IMG/VR virus record: IMGVR_UViG_3300037461_000164
Coordinates: 1-37,017 of that record
Origin: a virus
Lineage: Duplodnaviria > Caudoviricetes
Length of the DNA stretch: 37,017 nucleotides
Strand: one strand, 5' to 3'
Part shown: piece by piece, positions 7,916 to 15,449 of the stretch
How positions within the stretch are numbered: position 1 is the stretch's first letter
How the letters are laid out: every line of letters starts with the position of its first letter
Translations under genes and position numbers: made by a program
Notes under the pieces: generated by a model
The model's input: only the letters and a program-made list of their open reading frames with translations
The model's database searches: none
What the model was told of the DNA's origin: nothing

Positions 7916-8449
7916 TCACCACCTGGCCATTCTCTCGGATGGATTGACCCACCCCATCCCCAGGAAATTCAAAAAATCCAGCTCGTCCGCCATCGGTAGG
8001 GGCGCAAGGCTTGCGCCCCGGTACACCCCGCCATCCTTCACCGCGCAATCGCTCGGCAGCCCGCCGCGCTTCTTGCGCTGTGTCACGCACCACTGGCTGA
8101 ATAGCGCCGGCCCCGTGCGGATGGTCAGGATCACCCCCCATTGCGCCGGCGGCAGCACGATGAACAGATCCAGGTCGATCCCCTCCGTCAGCCCGATCTT
8201 CTTGTAGCGCTGGCCGTTCTTGATCACCCAGCCCAGCGTCCCCCACGGGTATTGCTCCAGCGGGTTGAATGCCACCGGGTCGCCCAGCAGGTCATTCTGA
8301 TACGTGATCAGCGGCTGCGCCACGATCTCGATGTCCTTCACCACCGTCTTCCCCCGCCGGATCGACCCGGCGATCTCCACTCGCTCGCAGTGCGGCTCGA
8401 TCTTCCGCACAACCGTTTCCGCAATCTTTCTCGCTCTTGCCAGATCCAT
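7916..8449 (-). CDS. polX: Minimal family X DNA polymerase (palm and thumb only, 177 aa)
   Basis: IAGSIRRGKTVVKDIEIV, DLDLF and IRTGP motifs. The true start is ATG 8449 after a GGGAG RBS, not 9100. Confidence 0.85.
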   Translation of the reverse strand: MDLARARKIAETVVRKIEPHCERVEIAGSIRRGKTVVKDIEIVAQPLITYQNDLLGDPVAFNPLEQYPWGTLGWVIKNGQRYKKIGLTEGIDLDLFIVLPPAQWGVILTIRTGPALFSQWCVTQRKKRGGLPSDCAVKDGGVYRGASLAPLPMADELDFLNFLGMGWVNPSERMARW

Positions 8450-8526
8450 CTCGCTTCTCCCTTCGCCGGCGGAGCGAGGAGGTCGCCCCGCCGGCTTACT
8501 GAGGGTGCAATCCGGCCCTCGGATTG

Positions 8527-9087
8527 CTATTTGGGGAACCCGTCCGGCTCGACCAGATACTCGCCCAGGTCGGTTGCGATCGTGGGGAAGACTTCCTTTT
8601 TCAGCTCCACGAACGGCACCGGGTTGGTCTCCGCCACCGCCTTGGCGTGCTTCTCGAACAGCTCCCGGTTCAATGCCAGCGCATCTTCGAAGAACAGCTG
8701 GCACCACGCCAGCGCCATCTTGTCTTCGTACAGCAGCGTGGTCCTGGTGCGCGTCCCGATCGCCTTCACCTTCGGCTTCTCTCCGCTCGCCTCCAGATAA
8801 GCCAGCACATCCTTCCGCACCAGCTTCTCCGCCTGGGCGCACTCGCGCTCCGCCTGCGCCTTGGCCTGGCTCCAATGCTGGTATTCCGCCGTCGCTTCCA
8901 GCTGCTTGATCAGCCCGATCAGCCCGTCCCGCGCATCGTCGTTCTGCAGCCGGTAGCGCGCCAGCATCCGCAGCCCCTGCTCGATCTTCTCCTGCAGCTC
9001 GCCCAGGTACTGCCCCGCGTTTTCCTTCTGGCCCGCCTCGATTTCGGCCACGACTTCCGCCGTTGCGCCTTTTCCATTGTTGTTCAC
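8527..9087 (-). CDS. Coiled-coil hypothetical protein (Gam/gp157-like, tentative)
   Basis: Long helical N-terminus followed by a short beta region, located in the recombination module. Confidence 0.45.
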   Translation of the reverse strand: MNNNGKGATAEVVAEIEAGQKENAGQYLGELQEKIEQGLRMLARYRLQNDDARDGLIGLIKQLEATAEYQHWSQAKAQAERECAQAEKLVRKDVLAYLEASGEKPKVKAIGTRTRTTLLYEDKMALAWCQLFFEDALALNRELFEKHAKAVAETNPVPFVELKKEVFPTIATDLGEYLVEPDGFPK

Positions 9088-9386
9088 AGCTCACCCCCAT
9101 CTGAGTAAGTCTCGTCGACCTCCCCGAAATCGCTCGGCGCCGCCGCCTTCAGGTTAATCGTCTTGCCCTTCTTCGTCTGCCTGGGCTTCTTCGCCGCTCG
9201 CCGCGGCTCCGCCGCGTTCACCTCATCCTCGGTGCCCTCGCCGAATTTCTTCAGCAATGCCGCCACGCCCTTGTCCTCGGTGCTCACCTCCAGCACCTGC
9301 CGGCTGGTCACCAGTCCCGGCTTCAACGCTTCCAGCGTGTTCACCAGGTCTTCGATATCCCCGTTGATTGGCAAATAAACGTTCAT
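9084..9386 (-). CDS. Hypothetical protein
   Basis: MNVYLPING...; ATGA overlap with the GIY-YIG stop and GTGA overlap downstream. Confidence 0.7.
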   Translation of the reverse strand: MNVYLPINGDIEDLVNTLEALKPGLVTSRQVLEVSTEDKGVAALLKKFGEGTEDEVNAAEPRRAAKKPRQTKKGKTINLKAAAPSDFGEVDETYSDGGEL

Positions 9387-9688
9387 TCGTGCATCTCCTT
9401 TTCTCTTGCCTGCGCCCGACAGATCGGGCATAACTTTGGACTGTTGTGCAAATTCTTGAGCTTGCGCTCCAGCGCCCTGGGACCGTCCCAGGTGCGCACC
9501 AGTTTCCACGCCACGCCCTTCTCCCGGCACACGCTCATAATCCGTGCCCCGCGGGCGTTCTCGTGCCGCTTCAGCCGCTGGATCACCGGCAGGCTGCTCC
9601 ACCCCAGATAGTGCTGCGCCAGCCCCCGCGGGTTGCCCGGGTTGCCGATCGGCTCGTCGAAGTGGATCAGGTACACCGTGCCCATCAT
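9383..9688 (-). CDS. Small GIY-YIG endonuclease
   Basis: TVYLIHF...HYLGWS...RLKRH...ALERKLK. Confidence 0.85.
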   Translation of the reverse strand: MMGTVYLIHFDEPIGNPGNPRGLAQHYLGWSSLPVIQRLKRHENARGARIMSVCREKGVAWKLVRTWDGPRALERKLKNLHNSPKLCPICRAQAREKEMHE

Positions 9689-9822
9689 TCATCCCCATCC
9701 AGCAGCTTGAAGATCAGGATGATCGGCCCAAAGATGATCAGCCCGATTGCATAGATCGGTATGGCCAGCAGCAGCAAAAAAGCCCCAAAACACCCGCCAA
9801 TCCCATCTTCCTCGTCCATCAT
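9685..9822 (-). CDS. 45-aa membrane peptide
   Basis: MMDEEDGIGGCFGAFLLLLAIPIYAIGLIIFGPIILIFKLLDGDE; GAGG RBS; ATGA overlap; not in the ORF track. Confidence 0.65.
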   Translation of the reverse strand: MMDEEDGIGGCFGAFLLLLAIPIYAIGLIIFGPIILIFKLLDGDE

Positions 9823-9827
9823 TTCCT

Positions 9828-9851
9828 CTCCGTGTCTCTGTGTCTCTGTGG
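9828..9851. repeat. Intergenic octamer tandem repeat CTCYGTGK x3
   Basis: ctccgtgt ctctgtgt ctctgtgg. Confidence 0.8.
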
Positions 9852-9858
9852 TAAAGGA

Positions 9859-10104
9859 TCACTCTTCCGGCTCGGCCAGAGCCGTAAGCTGCAGGTGGAA
9901 TTGCTCGGCGCCATAGGTCACCGTAGCCTGGATCCCGCCATCCCACGACGCCGGCGGGCAAACCAGGTTGCCGCCTGCATCGATGTAGCAGCCCGCCGTC
10001 GGCGTTTTATCGCCTCCCCCGTCGATCTTGCATGCCAGCATACTGCCCAACAGGACCAGGATAAGTACCAGGATCAAAAGTATTCGTGCTGTTTTCCGTG
10101 TCAT
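9859..10104 (-). CDS. Small lipoprotein
   Basis: MTRKTAR, hydrophobic stretch, lipobox MLA-C; start reset to ATG 10104. Confidence 0.75.
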   Translation of the reverse strand: MTRKTARILLILVLILVLLGSMLACKIDGGGDKTPTAGCYIDAGGNLVCPPASWDGGIQATVTYGAEQFHLQLTALAEPEE

Positions 10105-10180
10105 CGTTCCCTTCCTCTCTCCTCTGGGCGCCCCAGGACCGCCCCGGAGCTCCCTTGCCCAAGGAGAAGAAACTGGTAAG

Positions 10181-11443
10181 CTAAATGAGTGGTAATTGCC
10201 CTTCTTGCTGCAGCGCCAGGCTGCAGATCGCCCGCGCTTCCTGGATGCTGCGCCCATCCGGCGTCCATAACCCCCCGCTGTCCGGCCTGGCGTCCAGCCA
10301 CTTGATGATTGCCAGCGCCTGCGCCACGCTCAAGTCCTTCACGTGCGCCTGCCCCGTCAGCCATTTCAGCACCGTCCGCCGCTTGTCCTCTGCGCCGTCC
10401 TCGCCGGCGAAGCACGCCTCCAGGTTGACCGCGATCATGTTGCGCGCCCCGTCTTTGAGCACCCAGCCGTTGACCTCCGCCAGGCGGGCGTACTGTTCCA
10501 TCTTCGCCTTCACCTGCTCCGGCGGATACGGCCGTCCTTCCGCAGGGACTGCATTTTCTTCCGGTCGTCCTTCCGGCTCCGGGGGGGTCGCTCCGGTCTC
10601 CGTGTAGTGCCCTTCTTCCGCCTCATCGTCTTCGTACCGCCCGCTGTAGCTCAGCCCGGCCGCCTCCACCTCGCTCTCGCCTTCCGGCAGCAGCGCCAGC
10701 CCGTTCCCCGGCAGCGCCGCCTGCTTGGTCGCCATCAGCCTGGCTTTCACCCACTCGGGATCCGCTTCGATGCTCAGCAGCCACTTCACCCGCCGGACGC
10801 GCGTCCCGTCTGCGTTGGGCGTCGAGATGTTCCTCGGCCGGCGCCGCAGCACCAGCGGGATCCCCGCCAGAACGCCCTGATTGATCGTCTGAAACGCCCG
10901 CAGCTGGTCGCTGAGATTGGCGATATCGTGGATGCTGTTGGTTAAAACCGTAAGGTAGGCTGCCCGCTGCAGCTCCGGAATGATCACTTTAAGTCGTCCA
11001 GTCGGTTTGCAATAGATCGGTTCCTTCTCGCCCTTCTGCGTGGTGTACCAGCCCACCGGCCCGTCCACATACGGCCTGGGCTGCCCGGTCTTCAGGTCGA
11101 TCCCGTTCTTGACCAGCACCTGCCCATTAGCCGTGTCAACCAGGTAGACAAACCATTCGCCGTCGCTCCTGGCCACCATCCGCCCCGCCGTGTACGCTTC
11201 CAGCCAGGCCTCCCACTGCCGCTCGATCTCATTGAACGGCAGGATGATCTTGATCTCCGCCGGCTGCGGCCCGTAGATGCGCAGGAACTCGTCCTGGGCT
11301 TCTGCCTCGCGTTCGTCGAACACGACTCTAAAATAGGTCAGGTCCGGCCCCGGTTTCTTCGGATCGGTCTTCTTCGCCCCCTTCCGTACAACCCCGATTT
11401 CAGGAAAAGCCAGCCCCCGGTCGGTAAGTCCTTTGATTGGCAT
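10181..11443 (-). CDS. phiC31 gp3-like protein (recombination directionality factor-like family)
   Basis: MPIKGLTD...IGVVRKG...DLTYFRV...CKPTGRLKVIIPEL...GIPLVLRR pattern; start reset to ATG 11443. Confidence 0.7.
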   Translation of the reverse strand: MPIKGLTDRGLAFPEIGVVRKGAKKTDPKKPGPDLTYFRVVFDEREAEAQDEFLRIYGPQPAEIKIILPFNEIERQWEAWLEAYTAGRMVARSDGEWFVYLVDTANGQVLVKNGIDLKTGQPRPYVDGPVGWYTTQKGEKEPIYCKPTGRLKVIIPELQRAAYLTVLTNSIHDIANLSDQLRAFQTINQGVLAGIPLVLRRRPRNISTPNADGTRVRRVKWLLSIEADPEWVKARLMATKQAALPGNGLALLPEGESEVEAAGLSYSGRYEDDEAEEGHYTETGATPPEPEGRPEENAVPAEGRPYPPEQVKAKMEQYARLAEVNGWVLKDGARNMIAVNLEACFAGEDGAEDKRRTVLKWLTGQAHVKDLSVAQALAIIKWLDARPDSGGLWTPDGRSIQEARAICSLALQQEGQLPLI

Positions 11444-11444
11444 C

Positions 11445-11762
11445 TCAGCCCTCCGTCCCGATCTCGGCCAGCAGCTCTTCCGCCGTCCGCACCACATGCG
11501 GCGTCACCCCGATCCGGGCCAGCAGCTCCCGCACTTCGATCGCTTCTCCCCGGCTCGCCTGCCGCCGGCGCTCCGCAAAGCGCTTGGTCACGAACCCGCT
11601 CCCGTCCCCACACTGGTCACAGGTCACCCGCCCGTCCGCCTCGCCCGGCGTGAAATACACGTTCAAATGTCCCCAGCACTTCGCGCACACATACCGCTCA
11701 CGCACGATCAGCGCCTGGTTGGCTTCCAGAAAAACCGCTCTTCTTTCCGTGGTTTCTTCCAT
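11445..11762 (-). CDS. Zn-finger hypothetical protein
   Basis: CAKC...CDQC; GGAG RBS. Confidence 0.7.
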   Translation of the reverse strand: MEETTERRAVFLEANQALIVRERYVCAKCWGHLNVYFTPGEADGRVTCDQCGDGSGFVTKRFAERRRQASRGEAIEVRELLARIGVTPHVVRTAEELLAEIGTEG

Positions 11763-11775
11763 CTTCGCTCCAATC

Positions 11776-11857
11776 TGTGGTATACTGGAGACGCATGGGC
11801 TCCACAGTCCTGTGCATCTCCTGGCCCCGGGCTCCCCACCGGGGTCTTCTTATTCTT
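11776..11857 (+). ncRNA. Candidate antisense sRNA with extended -10 promoter and terminator
   Basis: TGTG-G-TATACT at 11776-11786, two GC hairpins, then TTCTTATTCTT. Confidence 0.45.
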
Positions 11858-12266
11858 GACCTTCGACCGCGACTGCGCTCCGCTCTCGCAGCTCCTCCAG
11901 CCGCTCCACCTCCTGCGCCGCCGCAGCCTGCTTGGTCTGCATCTCTTCCAATTGCAGATATTGCCAAATTAGATGCCGGGCCATCGACCAGCAATCCTGC
12001 TGGGTGGCATAACCCAGGAAGCTCTGCAGCGCCCTGGCCAGCGCCAGCTTCCTCCCATAAAACGGGAGTTCGTAGTGGTCGTTCGGGTTGAACACCGCCG
12101 CACCCACGAACAGCCGCTTAGGTCCCTCCAGCGGCCGCAGATAACAGGTCGTCACGATCTGATCCGCCTGTCTCGGGTCGATTTGTAGATAGTCCTGATC
12201 GAACTGGATCGCCGCCGGCTCTCCCTCGATGTTCGCCTTCATAAAGATCGGTCTGAAAACCTTCAC
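11850..12266 (-). CDS. Hypothetical protein
   Basis: Operon packing; GGAGG RBS before GTG. Confidence 0.7.
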   Translation of the reverse strand: MKVFRPIFMKANIEGEPAAIQFDQDYLQIDPRQADQIVTTCYLRPLEGPKRLFVGAAVFNPNDHYELPFYGRKLALARALQSFLGYATQQDCWSMARHLIWQYLQLEEMQTKQAAAAQEVERLEELRERSAVAVEGQE

Positions 12267-12267
12267 C

Positions 12268-12471
12268 CTAGCCTCCTTCTTGTTGTTTTGCTTCCTTCAG
12301 GCTTTGTATCGCCTGGCTTATTTGATCCAGCGCCCTGCCGGCCCTGGCCACCGTCTCGATATCGCCCTTCTCCAGTAAGGGCCGCACCTGCCGCCGGGCC
12401 TCGCTCAGCGCCATCAGCGCCTCGTCGATCAGCCCCAGCGCCGCATACGGCAGCGCCTTACGTTTCGTCAT
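12268..12471 (-). CDS. Hypothetical helical protein
   Basis: 67 aa, overlapping operon arrangement. Confidence 0.65.
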   Translation of the reverse strand: MTKRKALPYAALGLIDEALMALSEARRQVRPLLEKGDIETVARAGRALDQISQAIQSLKEAKQQEGG

Positions 12472-12775
12472 GCCCTTCCCTCAGCGCCTCCAGCACCCGG
12501 TCCCGTTTGCGCATCGCCCGGTATACATCGCCGATCACCATCGGCAGCCCGCTCGCCGCAAACAGCGTCAGCGTCAGCAGCGCACAGCGCCAATCGATCA
12601 GCGCCAGCCCGCCGATGGTCACCATCACCCCCCCCACCACGAACAGCGCCGTATACCCGTCCTTGCGCTCGCCCAGGTAATGCATCAGCGCGTTGTACGC
12701 CAGGCCAAAAAAGAACAGCCCTGCCAGAATAGCGCCGATCAGCCGCCAATCCAGCGCCGGATTGCATCCGTTCAT
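12458..12775 (-). CDS. Membrane protein (3 TM)
   Basis: Three hydrophobic segments; ATGA overlap. Confidence 0.75.
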   Translation of the reverse strand: MNGCNPALDWRLIGAILAGLFFFGLAYNALMHYLGERKDGYTALFVVGGVMVTIGGLALIDWRCALLTLTLFAASGLPMVIGDVYRAMRKRDRVLEALREGHDET

Positions 12776-13176
12776 GCCCCCACCCCTAAAACCGTGCTAT
12801 CCTGGAGCTGTGCCCCCAAGCCCTCCAGCTCCGCTTCCTTCGCCTTGACCAGATCGTACAGCCCCCGCCAGTGCGCCGGCTCCTCCTGCGCATCGATCCA
12901 TTCGCAATACGGCTCGTAGCCCATCTGCTCCGCCAGCCGCTTGGCCGCCTGGTGCGCCAGGCTCATCCAGTACTTGCTATTGGGGGGGTAATCGTTCTCG
13001 TCGAATTGGATCAGCGGCCGGTAGGTCGCTTTCCCGTCGCTCGTCCGTCCCCGGTGATCTGGATTGATCCTCATGCCTGCCATCTCCTGTAGCATCTCCA
13101 TCGCTCGCCGCCACGCCGGCGCTTGCTCTGCCGGGCACGGCACATACTTCACCGCCAGCTCGACGGTCCACTCCAT
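12772..13176 (-). CDS. Hypothetical protein
   Basis: Start at ATG 13176 just after the RHH gene stop; start position uncertain. Confidence 0.6.
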   Translation of the reverse strand: MEWTVELAVKYVPCPAEQAPAWRRAMEMLQEMAGMRINPDHRGRTSDGKATYRPLIQFDENDYPPNSKYWMSLAHQAAKRLAEQMGYEPYCEWIDAQEEPAHWRGLYDLVKAKEAELEGLGAQLQDSTVLGVGA

Positions 13177-13181
13177 GCCGG

Positions 13182-13409
13182 CTATTCCTGCTCGACTTGT
13201 GCCAGGATCACCGGCCCCTCCGCCGCGTCCACCGGGCGCGGCAGGCTGCCGATCCCCACCACTCGCAGCCGCTTCATCTCGGCCCACTCGCGGACGATAA
13301 TCCGCAGGCTGCTCGAAAAATCAATCCCCTTCGGCTGAGCATGCTCTTGCACAATCCGGATATCTTCCGGAAGCATCGATACGCTTCGCTGCTTCGCTCC
13401 TACTGCCAT
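13182..13409 (-). CDS. Ribbon-helix-helix DNA-binding protein (Cro position)
   Basis: RSVSM strand and FSSSLRIIVREW helix; GGAGG RBS; first gene after the early promoter. Confidence 0.7.
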   Translation of the reverse strand: MAVGAKQRSVSMLPEDIRIVQEHAQPKGIDFSSSLRIIVREWAEMKRLRVVGIGSLPRPVDAAEGPVILAQVEQE

Positions 13410-13437
13410 TCTGCCTCCACATCTTGGATGTTTGAAA

Positions 13438-13477
13438 AATCCAATTTGGATTATACAACTAATTTGTGGATTGTCAA
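13438..13477 (-). promoter_or_regulatory. Early promoter with overlapping palindromic operator
   Basis: TTGACA (13477-13472), 16 nt, TATAAT (13455-13450); AATCCAA-T-TTGGATT inverted repeat at 13438-13452. Confidence 0.85.
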
Positions 13478-13522
13478 GGGTTATCTCGTATTGTTGTAAA
13501 ATACAGCTATGGGTTTCGATAA

Positions 13523-13897
13523 CAAATCATCCAGGATCAGCAGGGAAATCACTTTAAAGTGATCGGCGAACAGCAGACAGACCTGAATAAGCGCCTGGCC
13601 GCCATCCGCCGTAAAATTTCCAATACCACCAACGCCATTGCCGAAGCCGGCCATTCCCCCGCCCTGCTCGAAAGCCTGGCCCGCTTCGAAGCCGAAGCCG
13701 CCGACCTGAGCGCCCAGCTCGCCTCCCCTGTCCCCGACCTCGACCCCGCCGGCCTGGCCGACCTGCGCCTGCGCCTCGACGATCCCGACCCTGCCGCCCT
13801 GCAAACCCTCTTGCGCGGCCTGCTTGCTCGTGTTATCATCGACCGTGACGGTCCGCTGGTCACCGGAGAGCTGATCTACTACTCTCCCCCCGGCTGA
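13523..13897 (+). pseudogene. C-terminal remnant of a large serine integrase
   Basis: Coiled coil (LNKRLAAIRRKISNTTNAIAEAGHSPALLESLARFE) and LQTLLRGLLARVII end motif. The frame is closed upstream by TAA at 13520, and no catalytic or recombinase domain is present. Confidence 0.75.
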
Positions 13898-13902
13898 CTG
13901 GC

Positions 13903-13949
13903 TGCGTCTTCATCCCAAGCCCCCGTGGGGGCACCTCCCCAAAGACACA
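13903..13949. other. Candidate attP
   Basis: TGCGTCTT...GCCCCC-GT-GGGGGC...AAGACACA nested inverted repeats directly after the integrase stop. Confidence 0.55.
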
Positions 13950-13989
13950 CATTCACCCACCCCTTCACCGCGCGCCTGCGCACCTACGT

Positions 13990-14014
13990 AAAAAAGCCCT
14001 GATCGGGCTTTTTT
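13990..14014. terminator. Bidirectional intrinsic terminator
   Basis: A7-GCCC-TGATC-GGGC-T5 between convergent integrase and tail genes. Confidence 0.85.
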
Positions 14015-15449
14015 ACATCCAGGAATTGATCGTCAGCAAAAAATGAGCGAAGGTCGAGCTGGCATGATTGCCCAGCTCGTATGCCTGCATATAGTGATAG
14101 CCCAGCGCCTCGGTCTGGAAGAAATTCAGCGCCGTCGAGATGCGGTAGGCGTTGTAATTATCGATGCGGTAGAACGCGTTGATCTCGCTGCCATCCAGAT
14201 AGGGCGAAATGATGGCATACGAGCCATCGGCCCCGGCGTACTGCGCCCCCTTGATCGTGATCGAGACTGCGTTCTCGGCCAGGCCGGCGATGAATTCGAG
14301 CTTATTGTTCGTATCGGAATTATTCCACTTCCTCGCCGCTCCGTTGTAGGTGTGGCTGGTGCTGTCACCGGTGTATAGGTAACGTTGCGCCCGGTTGTAA
14401 TAATTCCACACGAATCGCTTGGTGATCGTGTCATCCGTCTGCCCCCCGCTCGAATTGATGTAGATCGTCCCCAGGTAGCGCCGGGTGGTGGCTCCGCTCT
14501 TGACCCACACTCCGTTCTGTGTGGTCAGCGCCGTCGCCCGGGTGGTGGCGTTGGTCCACGCCAGCAGCTCCAGGGTGGCCGTGCCGCCGTTGTTGTAGCA
14601 AAATACGTCATACGGCCTGGAGGCCGTCAGTCCGGCCAGCGTGATGCTCAGCTCGGTAAATGTCAGTGTCGCCCAGGCCGCCGATCCGTCGTAGAGCGAG
14701 ATCTTATTGCCCTTGTAAGGCGTGAAATACAGCGTGGTCTTGGCCGCCTGGTCGGTCGTCGAGATCGGCGCCCCGCTCTCCAGCGTCAGCCGCCCCTGGC
14801 AGGGATAGCTCAGATATTGCGGATGGTCCTCATCGCTCAGCCCCCCCAGCCCGCCGTGATCGATCTGCGCCCCATCTCCGCCGGCGTGGTCATGACTGTC
14901 GCCGTTGGTCACCCCCTGCGCCGCCGTGGCGAATGCCGCCGCGTGGTTGCCGTCCAGCTGGTCGGCATTCAGATTGGTCACCACCGTCGTGCTGGCGATC
15001 GTCAGCGGCGCCGTTCCCGTGGCCACGTCCGCTTCCAGCGTCTGCGCCCGGATCTCGTGGCTGCCGGCGTCCCAATCCGCGCTCAGCCCCCGTGTGCCAT
15101 TGGCCAGCAGATATTGTGTGTGATCGTCGTCCGCCAGCCCTCCCAGCCCGCCGTGGTCGACCTGCGCCCCATCCCCGCCGGCGTGATCATGACTGTTCCC
15201 GTTGGTCACCCCCTGCGCGCTGGGTGCATATCCCAGGCTGACCGTCCCTCCGCCGTCATTGGTCAGCGTTCCGTTCGGCGCCTGGATTTTCGATACCCCA
15301 GAGACGCTGGGCGCACCGTCTTCCTCTTCCACCGTCAAACTGGAGGAGCTCGCTCCACCGCTGGTGTATTCGCGCCGCTCCAGGTCTTTCAGTCGCCGCT
15401 CCAGCGCCGTGATCCGCTCGATCAACATCGCCGCCAGATCTGCCATCAC
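14013..15449 (-). CDS. Tail fibre/receptor-binding protein
   Basis: N-terminal coiled coil, two His-rich repeats (SHDH...DDHxQYL), NLNADQLDG motif and GRLTLESG head domain. Confidence 0.8.
   Translation of the reverse strand: MMADLAAMLIERITALERRLKDLERREYTSGGASSSSLTVEEEDGAPSVSGVSKIQAPNGTLTNDGGGTVSLGYAPSAQGVTNGNSHDHAGGDGAQVDHGGLGGLADDDHTQYLLANGTRGLSADWDAGSHEIRAQTLEADVATGTAPLTIASTTVVTNLNADQLDGNHAAAFATAAQGVTNGDSHDHAGGDGAQIDHGGLGGLSDEDHPQYLSYPCQGRLTLESGAPISTTDQAAKTTLYFTPYKGNKISLYDGSAAWATLTFTELSITLAGLTASRPYDVFCYNNGGTATLELLAWTNATTRATALTTQNGVWVKSGATTRRYLGTIYINSSGGQTDDTITKRFVWNYYNRAQRYLYTGDSTSHTYNGAARKWNNSDTNNKLEFIAGLAENAVSITIKGAQYAGADGSYAIISPYLDGSEINAFYRIDNYNAYRISTALNFFQTEALGYHYMQAYELGNHASSTFAHFLLTINSWM

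Noticed and set aside
8455-8500. HDV-like/theta ribozyme (minus strand has GCCGGC...CCTCCTCGCT...GCCGGC GAA)
   Set aside because: P3, the P1.1 GG, P4 and P2 cannot be formed; a simple hairpin explains the sequence.
7916-9100. 394-aa PolX fusion, and similar N-terminal extensions of ParB, gp3-like, major tail and chaperone ORFs
   Set aside because: The extensions overlap other real genes; internal starts with an RBS or ATGA coupling fit better.
13559-13897. Intact functional integrase
   Set aside because: It lacks the catalytic serine domain, recombinase domain and Zn ribbon, and has no RBS before GTG 13559.
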